Of a stretch of DNA of 64,000 nucleotides, positions 9,033 to 19,281 are shown piece after piece. The notes beneath the pieces were generated by a model that saw nothing but the letters and a program-made list of their open reading frames with translations, was not told where the DNA came from and did no database searches. A program made the translations under genes and the position numbers. The stretch lies in the IMG/VR virus record IMGVR_UViG_3300024239_000014, positions 1 to 64,000 of that record. The stretch is one strand, 5' to 3'. Each line of letters opens with the position of its first letter. The first letter of the stretch is position 1.

Positions 9033-9749
9033 TTAATCAGCGGTATCCTCGGACACAGAAACCGGGAACACGTCGATGGAGTAACCCGGCAGAGCGCGAT
9101 AGCGCAGTTGACCACGTTGACGGTAGACAACCACCAGCGTGTCCTTACCGATCGATTGGAAGGGTTTGTACTGGTACTGGTAGAGCCAGGTGCCGTCGGT
9201 GAAGGTGTAGATGGTTTCCTTCCAGCTAGGCTTGCTGGAGATGACGGCCATCATACCGCGCTTGAAACCACCGAAGAACCCGCAGTTATCAAACAAACTG
9301 GCATCGAGGTACTGGCGGTCGAAATGTTCCGCCATGTCACCGAGACTGAGGTCTTCGTTCCAACGCGGTACGACTAGTGAACGAACCTCGTGCACCATCG
9401 ATTCGGGGTCGTAATCGAAGATCGAGTACAGACCAACGATGCTGTGATCTTCGAAAACGTTGGCGGTGAGTTCGCTCAGCTTCGGGATTCCATCTGTCAG
9501 AAGAGGACGCCAGTTAGATGTGTCAACCAGATCGTCGTGGAATTCTTCGACGGCATCGACGTAGGTCTTGACGTACGCCGTTTTCTTGGTGGCATAATAG
9601 TCAAGGTAAAAGGGTTCGTAGCCATCGTACAGCGCGCGAGCACTGAGCTCGCCGTCAGCGATTGGGTAGTGCGCCAAAAGGGCGTCCATGTTAAGTTGGA
9701 ATGCGGCGCGATCGTATTCGCGCTTATAAAAACGTTTGGAGTGATCCAT
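9033..9749 (-). CDS. hypothetical protein, 238 aa
   Basis: ORF with AAGGA RBS; U-tract terminator downstream at ~8911-8941. Confidence 0.7.
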   Translation of the reverse strand: MDHSKRFYKREYDRAAFQLNMDALLAHYPIADGELSARALYDGYEPFYLDYYATKKTAYVKTYVDAVEEFHDDLVDTSNWRPLLTDGIPKLSELTANVFEDHSIVGLYSIFDYDPESMVHEVRSLVVPRWNEDLSLGDMAEHFDRQYLDASLFDNCGFFGGFKRGMMAVISSKPSWKETIYTFTDGTWLYQYQYKPFQSIGKDTLVVVYRQRGQLRYRALPGYSIDVFPVSVSEDTAD

Positions 9750-9809
9750 TGCAGTTTCCTTAACTAAAGAGAATAAAGCGGGTAGGGATTCCCTACCCGC
9801 GCTATGACG

Positions 9810-10436
9810 TTAACCGTTTTCCATGAAGTACCGGAAGTACTCAGCTTCGAATGTTTTTACACTCAAACCGAACTTCCAATTGACATAGCTCCTTACCTGA
9901 GAGACCGTGCGCGCTTTACCTTTATCAGTGTAAAACACCGACCGGTTATTCTGCGCAGCTCTCGGTAAGACGGCTGACGCCTTACGATTACTTTTCGCCA
10001 GCAGGAGTTTCTTTACCCCACCTTCTCCAAGGAGATGGGCGAGATAGAGTTCTCCGGGGGTCGGGTCACGACCGAGGATGCCTTTTAAGTACGTCTGGTT
10101 ATACGCCAGCAATTCAGCTGCCATCAAGGCATTGTAACGAGCGTTGTACTTTGACGCATTAAGGGGAATCCCGTGTTTCCGGCCGTGTCCTTTTAACATA
10201 GCCTTCCAGGTACGATCTGTAAACTGGAAAAGGCCGCCGGCTGAAGTCGTCTCGGATTGAGCCCGTCGTTTGAACCTCGATTCCTTGTAAGCAAAGGCGG
10301 CAAGAACTGCTGCATCTACTTCCACGGTCTCGGCTGCTAGGAGCAGCGTTCGTGCATGGTAGTCGAAATCTTTCCCGAAGATGGGAAACGACACCCCAAC
10401 GAGCAGCAGTAGAGCGAAGATGCTCTTCATCTGCAT
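9810..10436 (-). CDS. lytic transglycosylase (SLT/gp144-like catalytic domain) with N-terminal signal peptide
   Basis: KES catalytic Glu, SAGGLFQF..TW, ELYLAHLLG motifs; hydrophobic N-terminus. Confidence 0.85.
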   Translation of the reverse strand: MQMKSIFALLLLVGVSFPIFGKDFDYHARTLLLAAETVEVDAAVLAAFAYKESRFKRRAQSETTSAGGLFQFTDRTWKAMLKGHGRKHGIPLNASKYNARYNALMAAELLAYNQTYLKGILGRDPTPGELYLAHLLGEGGVKKLLLAKSNRKASAVLPRAAQNNRSVFYTDKGKARTVSQVRSYVNWKFGLSVKTFEAEYFRYFMENG

Positions 10437-10512
10437 GATACACTCCTTCTAGGTTATTATTTCGGTGTTTCCTCAACCTACCTAGTTTCACCTCCTTTTT
10501 CTGATTTACAGA

Positions 10513-11169
10513 TTAACCAACTTGTTTGGATTTAGGCGTCCAATGGAGTTTCCACAACCGGTCGGTAAGGCGCATATCCCATTTACCATCCTTCGCCTGG
10601 TGTCGCATGGTAGTGTGAATATCGACAGCCAGTTCACCGGACTGAAAGAGACTTTCTGGCGTATCCGATGGATCGATGAAGCCCTGTACTTCAATGTCGG
10701 CATAAAGGCCTTCGGGTTTATTACCGTGGCGATCATGGCAGACAAGGTTACTCAGAATAAAAGTCGTAAGAACCCAACGTTTAGATTCTGCATCAGTGAC
10801 GCAGGTCGAAACTTCAGCGCAGATAACGCTGTTCAGCTGGTTTTCACCACACTTCAATAACCACCAATAGTCCATGCAGCCGATGTCGCCAAAGATGTGT
10901 ACCTGTTTCGATGTCTGTAGAACATTCTTGCTTTTAACAATCAGGTACTTCTTGAGATGTTCTTCTTCGCACGGGATGTGGTAATCGCCGTGACGCATCT
11001 TCTTGATATCTGACGCCGTGATTGACCCGTCGCTGTAAAAGCATGCCACCGGCCGCGTTTCGACGTCGTCACCATTTTCAAGATAGTAGTACGTCTCATC
11101 AAGCCCTTCCAGATAGAAGGGCGATTTTACACGACGCACCAAAGTTTTGCACCGGTCGAGGATGGACAT
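10513..11169 (-). CDS. hypothetical protein, 218 aa
   Basis: GGAGG RBS. Confidence 0.7.
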   Translation of the reverse strand: MSILDRCKTLVRRVKSPFYLEGLDETYYYLENGDDVETRPVACFYSDGSITASDIKKMRHGDYHIPCEEEHLKKYLIVKSKNVLQTSKQVHIFGDIGCMDYWWLLKCGENQLNSVICAEVSTCVTDAESKRWVLTTFILSNLVCHDRHGNKPEGLYADIEVQGFIDPSDTPESLFQSGELAVDIHTTMRHQAKDGKWDMRLTDRLWKLHWTPKSKQVG

Positions 11170-11188
11170 GAAACCTCCTATTCGGCAG

Positions 11189-11452
11189 TTACAGCGAAAT
11201 CACACCTTTGTTAGTACGGATGCACCAGCGTTCGCTGTAACGGAAAACCGCGAACCCAGCGCGCTCGAAGGATGCCGCTTTCTGGGAGTCGAGTTTTCCA
11301 TCACTCGTGAGCAACAGCCGCCGGATGTCGTCGAGCAATCCGCGATAATAGTTGCGGATATCGGCCACCAGCGACTGGTTACTAATGAGAGAATCTGCGT
11401 CGGTGTTCTGCAGACGACGGATGGTGTTGATGGTCAGTGCATTGGAAGTCAT
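11189..11452 (-). CDS. hypothetical protein, 87 aa
   Basis: AAGGA RBS; fills the gap between co-directional genes. Confidence 0.6.
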   Translation of the reverse strand: MTSNALTINTIRRLQNTDADSLISNQSLVADIRNYYRGLLDDIRRLLLTSDGKLDSQKAASFERAGFAVFRYSERWCIRTNKGVISL

Positions 11453-11479
11453 TCGAGGTTCCTTTTCGTTAACATGGTT

Positions 11480-12376
11480 TTATAATTCGCGAAACAACAA
11501 AGAGCCTTGAGCCAACGCTGTTTCGATGTCAATGACGCCGTGAAGATGTGCTTCCCAGTCGATGTCGTTATCCATGACCAACCGTACGTTGTACGCATTG
11601 GCAATCATCTTGGTAGTTGGATCTCCAAGTTCGGCATTAGGTAATTCACGAAGGTCGGTGTAAGTAATCAGACAGGGCTTACCTATCAGGTGTCCTACAT
11701 TCCCTTCATTGATGTTCATCCGTTCACTGTCGTAGCGGTCAACGAGCAACAGTAGTCTTTTACCTGACTCCGTTGTTGCTATTAGTTGACGCCGTGACGG
11801 AACATAACCGGTGATGGTGACCTTTAACACCGAAGAGAACACACGGCGATACCAACGATAATAGCTGGTACCTGGGTTTCGACGAGCGATGTACATCCCG
11901 CAGATTTGTTTATCGCGTTCACTGCGCTCTGCCAGTTCGGCGTACATATCGTCAATGTCAGATTGCAGTAATACTTTTTCATGTTGCACCAACGGTAGGT
12001 TGGTCGACACGCCTGAGCCCTGACGATAGTAGACGTGCAGGTGATACAATTCCCACTTCAGCGGTTTATCGTTTTTGATCGTGTTCAGCAGGTGCTCTTT
12101 CACAGCAGTTTCCGGAATAGACCGGTGGTTTACTATGAAACTCAGCTCATTCAGGTCGTAACCATAGTGAGTGTTGATGTACTCCCACAGCGAGTCGCCA
12201 AAGACGGTACCTGGTACCGCTTGTCGGTCGATTACAGTTTCCCATCCTTCCCGTCCACGACTGACGGTGATGAGACAACCGCGGTATGCCGGCATGATGA
12301 TACATTCTCTGTCCAGAATACCGTCTTCTTTAGGGCATGCGCTGTAGGGCCCGATCGTAAAGCTCGCTTTGATCAT
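11480..12376 (-). CDS. degenerate ATP-dependent DNA ligase-like protein
   Basis: Segments in ligase-motif order (PAYRG for KxDG; VTITGY; IGK..ITY OB-like), but catalytic Lys absent. Confidence 0.45.
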   Translation of the reverse strand: MIKASFTIGPYSACPKEDGILDRECIIMPAYRGCLITVSRGREGWETVIDRQAVPGTVFGDSLWEYINTHYGYDLNELSFIVNHRSIPETAVKEHLLNTIKNDKPLKWELYHLHVYYRQGSGVSTNLPLVQHEKVLLQSDIDDMYAELAERSERDKQICGMYIARRNPGTSYYRWYRRVFSSVLKVTITGYVPSRRQLIATTESGKRLLLLVDRYDSERMNINEGNVGHLIGKPCLITYTDLRELPNAELGDPTTKMIANAYNVRLVMDNDIDWEAHLHGVIDIETALAQGSLLFREL

Positions 12377-12403
12377 AAGGCCTCAAAAAGGATGGGTGAT
12401 AAG

Positions 12404-12425
12404 TCACCTGTGTGATTTAGGTTTA
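12404..12425 (-). promoter_or_regulatory. putative early promoter motif ACCT-N10-GGTGA
   Basis: Same motif and spacing as the copies at 27107-27131 and 31526-31550. Confidence 0.45.
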
Positions 12426-12466
12426 TTATTCTTTTTGATTCTATCCCGCCACATAGGAGACGGGTC

Positions 12467-13834
12467 ATGTCAGAATTGACATTGCTTGAACCGCAACCAT
12501 TGTTTAATGATGCTACCTCAGAGCACGACTGGGCTGCAGCACCGGATCTGGAAACTGCGTTTTCAGCCTTTAGTGAAGAAAACCATTCGTTGAGCCTGGA
12601 AGCTTACAAGGAAGTCGTGAATGGGGCGTATTTGATCCAAGCCTTTACGAAGGTCTGTGGTCATTTGAAGTTTGATGCCAAACTGGCCAAACAGATTCGC
12701 CGCTACGCCAACCATTTTGCCACTAAGAATGAAGAGCATATTCATTTCTTTGGCAGCATGCTCCTAGGTGTCCACAAAGTCCGTTTCACAGAAGACGACC
12801 GTCTGGCGTGGTACAATGACATTTTGGATTGCGATGAGATCGAATTGATCGAAGCTGTCCAGAACTGCCCTACGATTGAACCAGAGTTCGTGGTTTCCTC
12901 CGATCCGATGAACCAATCGTTCATTTGGATGTTGCACCAGTTTCATCACAGCAAGCTGCTGCACGAGCACGAGATCGAAGAAGTCAAAGTAGAACTGATG
13001 AAAATCATGCACTACAAGTTCGTGACTTCACTCATTGCGCATTCGTTCAAGTTCCCAGCAGATCGCGAAGTCGCACTTGCCGCTTACAGTGCCTTGTCGA
13101 AGAAGTACGACATTAAGCGCTACGGTAGTTGGGGTGCGCTGATCCAAGCACGTGCGGAGTCGATTGTATCACGTACTGGTTTACATTACCAGACGTATGT
13201 CCGGTATGACGATGACAAAAACACCGTCTACATGGTCAACGACATTCAATCCCGTATTCGCGAGGTGATTAAGAGCTATCGGGCAGAGTTCTATAACCAG
13301 CGGGAGCAGAACAGCCGAATCGGTACATCCAGTTCGACGATTGAACTGCAGGGCGAAAAAGTGATCCGGGATCGTACCCAGGCCTTTACCTTGTATCGTC
13401 GCTACCTGTACACCACACTGACAAACCGAAACGACTTCGTTAAACCGGAGCTCATTGCGGTTGTGTCTTCTGCCATGTCGGATGTATCGCCAGTCCACAT
13501 CACTGAAGCATTGGAAGGACTCCTTCTCGCCATGCGGGATGCTAAGTCGCCTTTTGCCGAACTGATCGATGAAACCTTGCTGCATGCGATTGACTTTATC
13601 CAGCGTCAACAGGTAAAGGTCAATGACCTGCAATTCATCATTACCAAGTTGCGCGCGCTGTATACAGCATCGCGATCTGCTGACGCCTCGGTTTTGCGGA
13701 TGCGTGCTTTGGGTGATGAATTGGTCAACGAGTTTGTGCGTTCTAAGAACGACACAGTGAAAGCTGGGGTACGTACCGCGGTATTGTTGTACCTTGTCCT
13801 GCGTGCCCTGTCGCGTAACTACTACACCAAGTAA
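12467..13834 (+). CDS. phiKZ-like putative virion structural protein (gp32-like), 455 aa
   Basis: AGGAG RBS; SLE protease motif near the N-terminus; assignment from recall. Confidence 0.65.
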   Translation: MSELTLLEPQPLFNDATSEHDWAAAPDLETAFSAFSEENHSLSLEAYKEVVNGAYLIQAFTKVCGHLKFDAKLAKQIRRYANHFATKNEEHIHFFGSMLLGVHKVRFTEDDRLAWYNDILDCDEIELIEAVQNCPTIEPEFVVSSDPMNQSFIWMLHQFHHSKLLHEHEIEEVKVELMKIMHYKFVTSLIAHSFKFPADREVALAAYSALSKKYDIKRYGSWGALIQARAESIVSRTGLHYQTYVRYDDDKNTVYMVNDIQSRIREVIKSYRAEFYNQREQNSRIGTSSSTIELQGEKVIRDRTQAFTLYRRYLYTTLTNRNDFVKPELIAVVSSAMSDVSPVHITEALEGLLLAMRDAKSPFAELIDETLLHAIDFIQRQQVKVNDLQFIITKLRALYTASRSADASVLRMRALGDELVNEFVRSKNDTVKAGVRTAVLLYLVLRALSRNYYTK

Positions 13835-13844
13835 GGAAAAGATC

Positions 13845-15161
13845 ATGTCAGAGTTGATGAAATTGCTGGCCACGAGCCTGTCACTGGAAGATGGGTTGGT
13901 AGCCCCAGCAGTAGAAGATGAAACGCAGACTGAACTTGAATCTGTGACTTCTGAATTTGATGGTGTCGTTGAGAACGTTACTGAAGCTGCGGTGGCGTTG
14001 GAGTCGCTCGTTGCGACTCTCGAACACTATGCGAATTCCGGAAAAGGGTTCAACCCACTCGAAGCCGCATTGTTCGATTCGGCTTACGCTGCGAACGCGC
14101 GTACGCTGGGTCTACCTGTTGTAAAGCTACCTGCGTTGGAGTCGTTTTCAAACGATCCGGTGGCTGCTACCAAGTTGTCGATGGAGATGGTGAGTGTGCT
14201 GTCCATCCTCCATGTCGCGGTTGTAGAACCTATCAAGAAACTGTTCATCTATGTCTTCAACTTCCTGAAGAAAATCGCAGACCGTTTTGCCAAATTCCTC
14301 AACAGAATTCTTGGCAGGCGCGATGAGGTGGCCGAAAAGTCCATGATTGAAAAACTTCAGCACTACGCCAGTACTGGTGCGAAGATGCAGAAGGTCAGAA
14401 TGGCACACTGCGAGTACATCTCCTTTGATAAGTATAACACAGCAGCGCACCGCCAGGTTACAGTCGCTAACCAGGTTGACATTGTTGCTAACACTCTAAA
14501 GCTACTCCAGGCTGCCGAAGAAATGCTGGCGAAAAACGGATCCGATATTGCATCGCACAGCAAGGAGTACAGCCAGTTTATTCGAGAAGTTCTGCATAGC
14601 CCCGATCGAGTTGACTACAGTAAAAAGATCCCCGATTTCGCTGTAGATGGTTTTTACCACCAGTCAATTAGCCTGGTCAAAAGTTCACGCCTACCGGGCG
14701 AGATCGTCACACCCGCGGAAATGGGTGATAACGGTCTTCTGGGGTACCACTTTAAAACCGAGCGTGGTTTTACTCTCGGTAACCATACTGAAGTCTTCCC
14801 GCCTTCAGCAGCAGACGCCGTTAAGATGGACGGCTACGTACAGCAGATGTTTGTTGAATTTCAAAAGATCCTGAAAGCCGACGCACTCAAACGTACCATC
14901 GATGACTTGAAACAAGATATCGAGATGCTTGAGTCGTATAAGCACACGGAGGATCTTCACGCCATGGCCGGTCATCCTTACGAAAAGAGACCGACCGAAT
15001 ACTACAGAAACTTCCACGACATCACTAAAGCCGGTAAGGCTGCGGTTAAAAAGATGTATTTGTACGTTTCTTTTGTTGTTAATGCCTCTAGTTATGGCGG
15101 CCATATACACAAGGACGCTCTACGTCTTATTAAGGCGTCGCTGGAGTCTTACCAAGGCTGA
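13845..15161 (+). CDS. internal head protein with propeptide
   Basis: Acidic N-terminus with several S/A-x-E sites (SLE, ALE, SME), typical of phiKZ-like head proteins processed by the prohead protease. Confidence 0.75.
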   Translation: MSELMKLLATSLSLEDGLVAPAVEDETQTELESVTSEFDGVVENVTEAAVALESLVATLEHYANSGKGFNPLEAALFDSAYAANARTLGLPVVKLPALESFSNDPVAATKLSMEMVSVLSILHVAVVEPIKKLFIYVFNFLKKIADRFAKFLNRILGRRDEVAEKSMIEKLQHYASTGAKMQKVRMAHCEYISFDKYNTAAHRQVTVANQVDIVANTLKLLQAAEEMLAKNGSDIASHSKEYSQFIREVLHSPDRVDYSKKIPDFAVDGFYHQSISLVKSSRLPGEIVTPAEMGDNGLLGYHFKTERGFTLGNHTEVFPPSAADAVKMDGYVQQMFVEFQKILKADALKRTIDDLKQDIEMLESYKHTEDLHAMAGHPYEKRPTEYYRNFHDITKAGKAAVKKMYLYVSFVVNASSYGGHIHKDALRLIKASLESYQG

Positions 15162-15168
15162 TGTCCCG

Positions 15169-15208
15169 GGACATAGAGGGAGGGTCGAAAGACCCTCCCC
15201 TTATGCCG
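15169..15208. terminator. bidirectional hairpin with TATG-containing flanks
   Basis: GGACATA-GAGGGAGGGTC-gaaa-GACCCTCCCC-TTATGCCG between convergent genes. Confidence 0.7.
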
Positions 15209-17575
15209 TTAAGCAGCTCGACTGTTCCAGGGGTTGTAGCCTCCTCGACCACCACCCATTCGGTTAATACCACCCATTCGCGAACGAAGCTGGCGTTTCT
15301 GTTTGATCGATTCCACCAAGTTAGTCAAGGTGTTCATCACCAGTTCTTCCTCGGTGTTAATCTGGCTAGTCAATACTTTAATGCGGTTTTCATATCGCAT
15401 CAAGGTAAAGTCGTCCGTGATGGACTTAATTTGACTTGCCATCATTTCCAGTTCTTCGCGCAGTTTCGTTTGTTCGCGCTTCTTCCGAATGTCCTCTTCG
15501 GTCATCGGTTTCGAAGCATCACCAACGAGTGCCATGACCGACAAGGTATCAATGCCATAGAAGTCCAGGTGTTTACCTTCCATGATAAACCAGGCTGCCA
15601 ACAGCCATGACATCACCATGTCGTCGTGTCCGCTGGTTTCATGGTCAATACGCCCCTTCTTCACCACCAGCGATCGAATCTGTTCCGACAGCTGTTTATC
15701 GCGTACCAGGTGCCCTGCCTTCTTCGCAGCATTCTGCAAGATACGAGAGTACAGATGCTCACGACTATTCCCGGTCGTTACGAAACCGAATTCACGGATG
15801 TAGCGATCGTGGAAATAGGTGCTTCTGCGACACAAATCGACCATAATGGCCTTGAAGTCTTCACGGCGATCGTGCTGTTCATCGACAATCTTGTTGTAGA
15901 TGCGCTTGAAGGGGTCTATTCCGCGCTGTGGCAGCATCAGCAGAAGTTTACCTAGGATGGCCGGCGCTGAGCTCTTACGTTCAATCACGAGCGTGGTATT
16001 GCGATACCGCGTCATGAAGTCCGCAAGGAAGTCCGCAAAGGTAATCAAGTTCGTTTCGTTAAACGACCCTGCACCTACCGTTGACATATCTCGTACGTCC
16101 ATCACTAACATCGCGATTTCATCTCGACCAATAGCATCACTGGTATCCATGCCAATGACGAAGTGACCTTGATGCATGGTGTTGTACACCAACGATTCTG
16201 GAATGTACCATCGGAATGCGTAGCAGTCTTTGGTAATTTCTGTGTGCTTTGGTGATTGCTCGCTCTTTTGGATGATTTCCAGCAACTGGATCGACAGCGG
16301 TGAGCCTTGAGAACCACTACTCCAAACGTTGAAGAAGTCGCGGTTGATCTGCTCAGGCGTACCACCGGCGTTGCTGATAGCGTCTTTGAGCCAAGCATCG
16401 CTAAAGCCCAACTGACGGTGCGAGAAGGTACAGTTCACCATGGTACGCTTCGGCGCGTTGTCGTTCTCGCTGAGCTTACGACAACTGTTCCTCACGACCA
16501 AGTGCAAGCGTACTTTACTCGGGATGTCCATAAAGGCTTCAGACCACGGTGCAGCCCGTTGGAACATCTCGTACATAAACCGTCCTGACCGGTCATCCTT
16601 CTTACCAGCCGTTGTGGTGAAGATGTTCCCGTATGGCTGACCAGTACGCTTGGACTCGTTACGGGCAGCGGTACCTGCTGCCAGTGCCGCTGGTAGTGTG
16701 ATGTCAATGTACGTCGTAAACGGACCTTCGTCACACTGCGTGATGGGTACGGTGTTACCACGAGCCACGTTGTTAGCAGCTGTTTCAGAGTTCTGAGCCA
16801 CTGACGTGATGTACTTGTTACCCAGCTTCTTGTAAGTCAGTTCTTGTTGGTTGTTGGCATCGAGCTTATCGGGATAGACCAAGTACTTGGGCAACAGGTC
16901 TCGAATCTTCTTCAACCGCTCGATGTTTGCCGTTCGCAGTTTATCGTCTTTAGTAATCAGCGAAATTGTGGTGTTGTTAAGTCCGATGAACAACAGGTAA
17001 ATCATCAAACAGTCCGTAGACACTGACTTACCAGTCTGACGAGGTTGGATCAACCCAACGTCGACATTGGAGAAGAACAACCAAATGAGCGAGATGTTCC
17101 CACGGTTTGCTCGGAACTTATCGGGAATGTTACCGGCAGACGGTGGGATGCGGACCACTTCACGGAAGTAATACCATGGATTGTATTTACACTCCATGGC
17201 GATCTTGACTTTGGTGTCAAAATCCAAATTCGGATCATGGGGGTCTACATGCTCCAGTTCAGGCTGCATAAGCGCCAACATGAAGTAGTAGTTCTTCACA
17301 CCCATCTTGCGGTATAGTCCAGCGAGTTCCACAAACGAGCGGTTACGCGTCGAGGTGTGAACCATCGCTGTAGGGAAGTACCGCCAGTCATCGGCAAAAC
17401 GAATCATGGGAATAGGATTGACACCAGGTTCTTCGCCTTCGATTGTGTCGTCCAACTCGTCCGTTTCTAATGCTGAGGCTAGTTCTTCCAAATCACGATT
17501 GATGAAGGCGTCAGTTAGGTCACCAGTCTTTTTGGCGGTAACGCCTAACTCAGCTTCTTTGCTTTTCACGAACAT
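15209..17575 (-). CDS. terL: terminase large subunit (phiKZ gp25-like)
   Basis: Walker A PRQTGKS, Walker B ..CDEG, nuclease motifs IGMDTS and HDDMVMS. Confidence 0.93.
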   Translation of the reverse strand: MFVKSKEAELGVTAKKTGDLTDAFINRDLEELASALETDELDDTIEGEEPGVNPIPMIRFADDWRYFPTAMVHTSTRNRSFVELAGLYRKMGVKNYYFMLALMQPELEHVDPHDPNLDFDTKVKIAMECKYNPWYYFREVVRIPPSAGNIPDKFRANRGNISLIWLFFSNVDVGLIQPRQTGKSVSTDCLMIYLLFIGLNNTTISLITKDDKLRTANIERLKKIRDLLPKYLVYPDKLDANNQQELTYKKLGNKYITSVAQNSETAANNVARGNTVPITQCDEGPFTTYIDITLPAALAAGTAARNESKRTGQPYGNIFTTTAGKKDDRSGRFMYEMFQRAAPWSEAFMDIPSKVRLHLVVRNSCRKLSENDNAPKRTMVNCTFSHRQLGFSDAWLKDAISNAGGTPEQINRDFFNVWSSGSQGSPLSIQLLEIIQKSEQSPKHTEITKDCYAFRWYIPESLVYNTMHQGHFVIGMDTSDAIGRDEIAMLVMDVRDMSTVGAGSFNETNLITFADFLADFMTRYRNTTLVIERKSSAPAILGKLLLMLPQRGIDPFKRIYNKIVDEQHDRREDFKAIMVDLCRRSTYFHDRYIREFGFVTTGNSREHLYSRILQNAAKKAGHLVRDKQLSEQIRSLVVKKGRIDHETSGHDDMVMSWLLAAWFIMEGKHLDFYGIDTLSVMALVGDASKPMTEEDIRKKREQTKLREELEMMASQIKSITDDFTLMRYENRIKVLTSQINTEEELVMNTLTNLVESIKQKRQLRSRMGGINRMGGGRGGYNPWNSRAA

Positions 17576-17631
17576 AGGGATATCCTCCCCTACTGGTAGG
17601 TCCGCAAAGACCTACCAGTAGGGACTATCGT

Positions 17632-19269
17632 TTACATGTGGCGTGCAGTCACTGCACTGACCCCCAGATGGAGATCATTCCCACCATCACGCTTGATCCA
17701 GTGCAGATACAGGTTCTGACCGTGTTTTACTTCGGTCGGAATGATCAGTTCAGCACCAAAGGCGTTGAGCGGGTATTCAGTCATCACACCATGAGCGTTA
17801 ACCACAAAGTGCGTCGGACGAGGCGGTCTGACTTCGAAGTCCGAATTGGTAACCGGCAGAGACTGGTAATAGAACCGTTCCAGCCAGGCATCCACGTTCG
17901 CCCAACGGTCGTTCAGACGAGCCTTGTAGGTATAGCCACTGATGTGCTCCATCATGGCGTACACTTCGGCACCGTACGGGGTGTCAGAACCGGTATCGTA
18001 GCTCACGGTCCACAGGGTCTGGGCTGCCGTACCGGCTGCAAACAGCGTCAGGCGCACAGTCTGTACGTGACGATATTTGGCAAACAGCGGGCTGACCTTG
18101 CTCAGATCGAGACTAACAGTGATGTCCTGGGTCTGACCGTACAGGTTAGCTTGGAACGGATTGCTGGTGACAGCAAATTCCACCAAGTCATCCACACGGT
18201 AGTAGGTTTCACGGTTCAGGTTGTACAGGAACCACTCCAGTCGGTATTGACTGAGCGTGTAATCCCAGTATGGGCAACAGAACAGCTTCACCGAATAAGC
18301 TCCGTCCACCGCAGTGGTCTTGGCACGGTAGTTGGCCATCACGACCTTCTCACCAATCCCCACTGCATTAAAGCTTGACTCATTTGGAGCCAGGCTGTAA
18401 CGAAGGTACAGCGGTACGCTGTTACCCAGAATGGTAGAAACGTAGTTCTCCAGACCCAGCAGTTGGATCTTGTCGCCGTCAATCGCTACGTCACGATGAC
18501 CGTCGGTGTAGTTCACCCGAGCCATCATGGTTACGGACGCCAGTGTTACGTTGATCGGGAATTCGATCAACTGAGGATCAACCGCCGATTTGAACGGCGA
18601 TACGATTTCCACGCTGGTGATGTAGCGTTCCGGTGTTTCGATGGCGCGTACGAACGACGTGTTCCACGCCAGCAGCTGTGCCTTGGAAGCAACACCACCA
18701 GCATCATCGTAGAACACCGCGGTGACCAACTCGCCGTCCACAAGACGATCGGTGCAATAACCGGTCTTCGGTGCCTTGATAGCGTAGTTGTTGTGGTCAG
18801 GCATCGCCACCACTTCGAACGGGATGTTATCACTGATGAAGTTGCCGTTCTGGTCGTAGTACTTCGAGATCACCCGACCCTGGGGGCCGATGTCAGACCC
18901 CAGAAACACTTTGCAGTACGACACCGTGCTGCTGTAGGCATGTAGGCGACGATCAAACTGCAAACGGAACGGTACGACACTGCTGTCGATCAGCATGCGC
19001 CAGCTTTCACTGGCGTACCCGGGACCCACACCGCTCAGGATGTCCAGACGGTTTTCAGGTTCTGGTTCGGCGGGTGCTTGCCAAGCCTGCAAGGTCGACA
19101 GACCCGTGGACATATCCACGGCGACCACGCGCAAAATACCTTGTACCCAATCCCACACCTTGTCGTCCACATTCGGAACGTACACGCCCGTACCGGTGGG
19201 TCCGGTATAGATTTCACTTCTGAGCCATTCGCGAAAACCGCGATTGGAGTCGAAAATAGGCTGAATCAT
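17632..19269 (-). CDS. virion structural protein (phiKZ gp26-like)
   Basis: 545-aa beta-rich ORF in the terminase-to-sheath block. Confidence 0.7.
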   Translation of the reverse strand: MIQPIFDSNRGFREWLRSEIYTGPTGTGVYVPNVDDKVWDWVQGILRVVAVDMSTGLSTLQAWQAPAEPEPENRLDILSGVGPGYASESWRMLIDSSVVPFRLQFDRRLHAYSSTVSYCKVFLGSDIGPQGRVISKYYDQNGNFISDNIPFEVVAMPDHNNYAIKAPKTGYCTDRLVDGELVTAVFYDDAGGVASKAQLLAWNTSFVRAIETPERYITSVEIVSPFKSAVDPQLIEFPINVTLASVTMMARVNYTDGHRDVAIDGDKIQLLGLENYVSTILGNSVPLYLRYSLAPNESSFNAVGIGEKVVMANYRAKTTAVDGAYSVKLFCCPYWDYTLSQYRLEWFLYNLNRETYYRVDDLVEFAVTSNPFQANLYGQTQDITVSLDLSKVSPLFAKYRHVQTVRLTLFAAGTAAQTLWTVSYDTGSDTPYGAEVYAMMEHISGYTYKARLNDRWANVDAWLERFYYQSLPVTNSDFEVRPPRPTHFVVNAHGVMTEYPLNAFGAELIIPTEVKHGQNLYLHWIKRDGGNDLHLGVSAVTARHM

Positions 19270-19281
19270 TACAGACTCCTG

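Noticed and set aside
15209-17575. Intein or intron in the terminase
   Set aside because: ATPase and nuclease motifs are contiguous, with no intein signature or large insertion.
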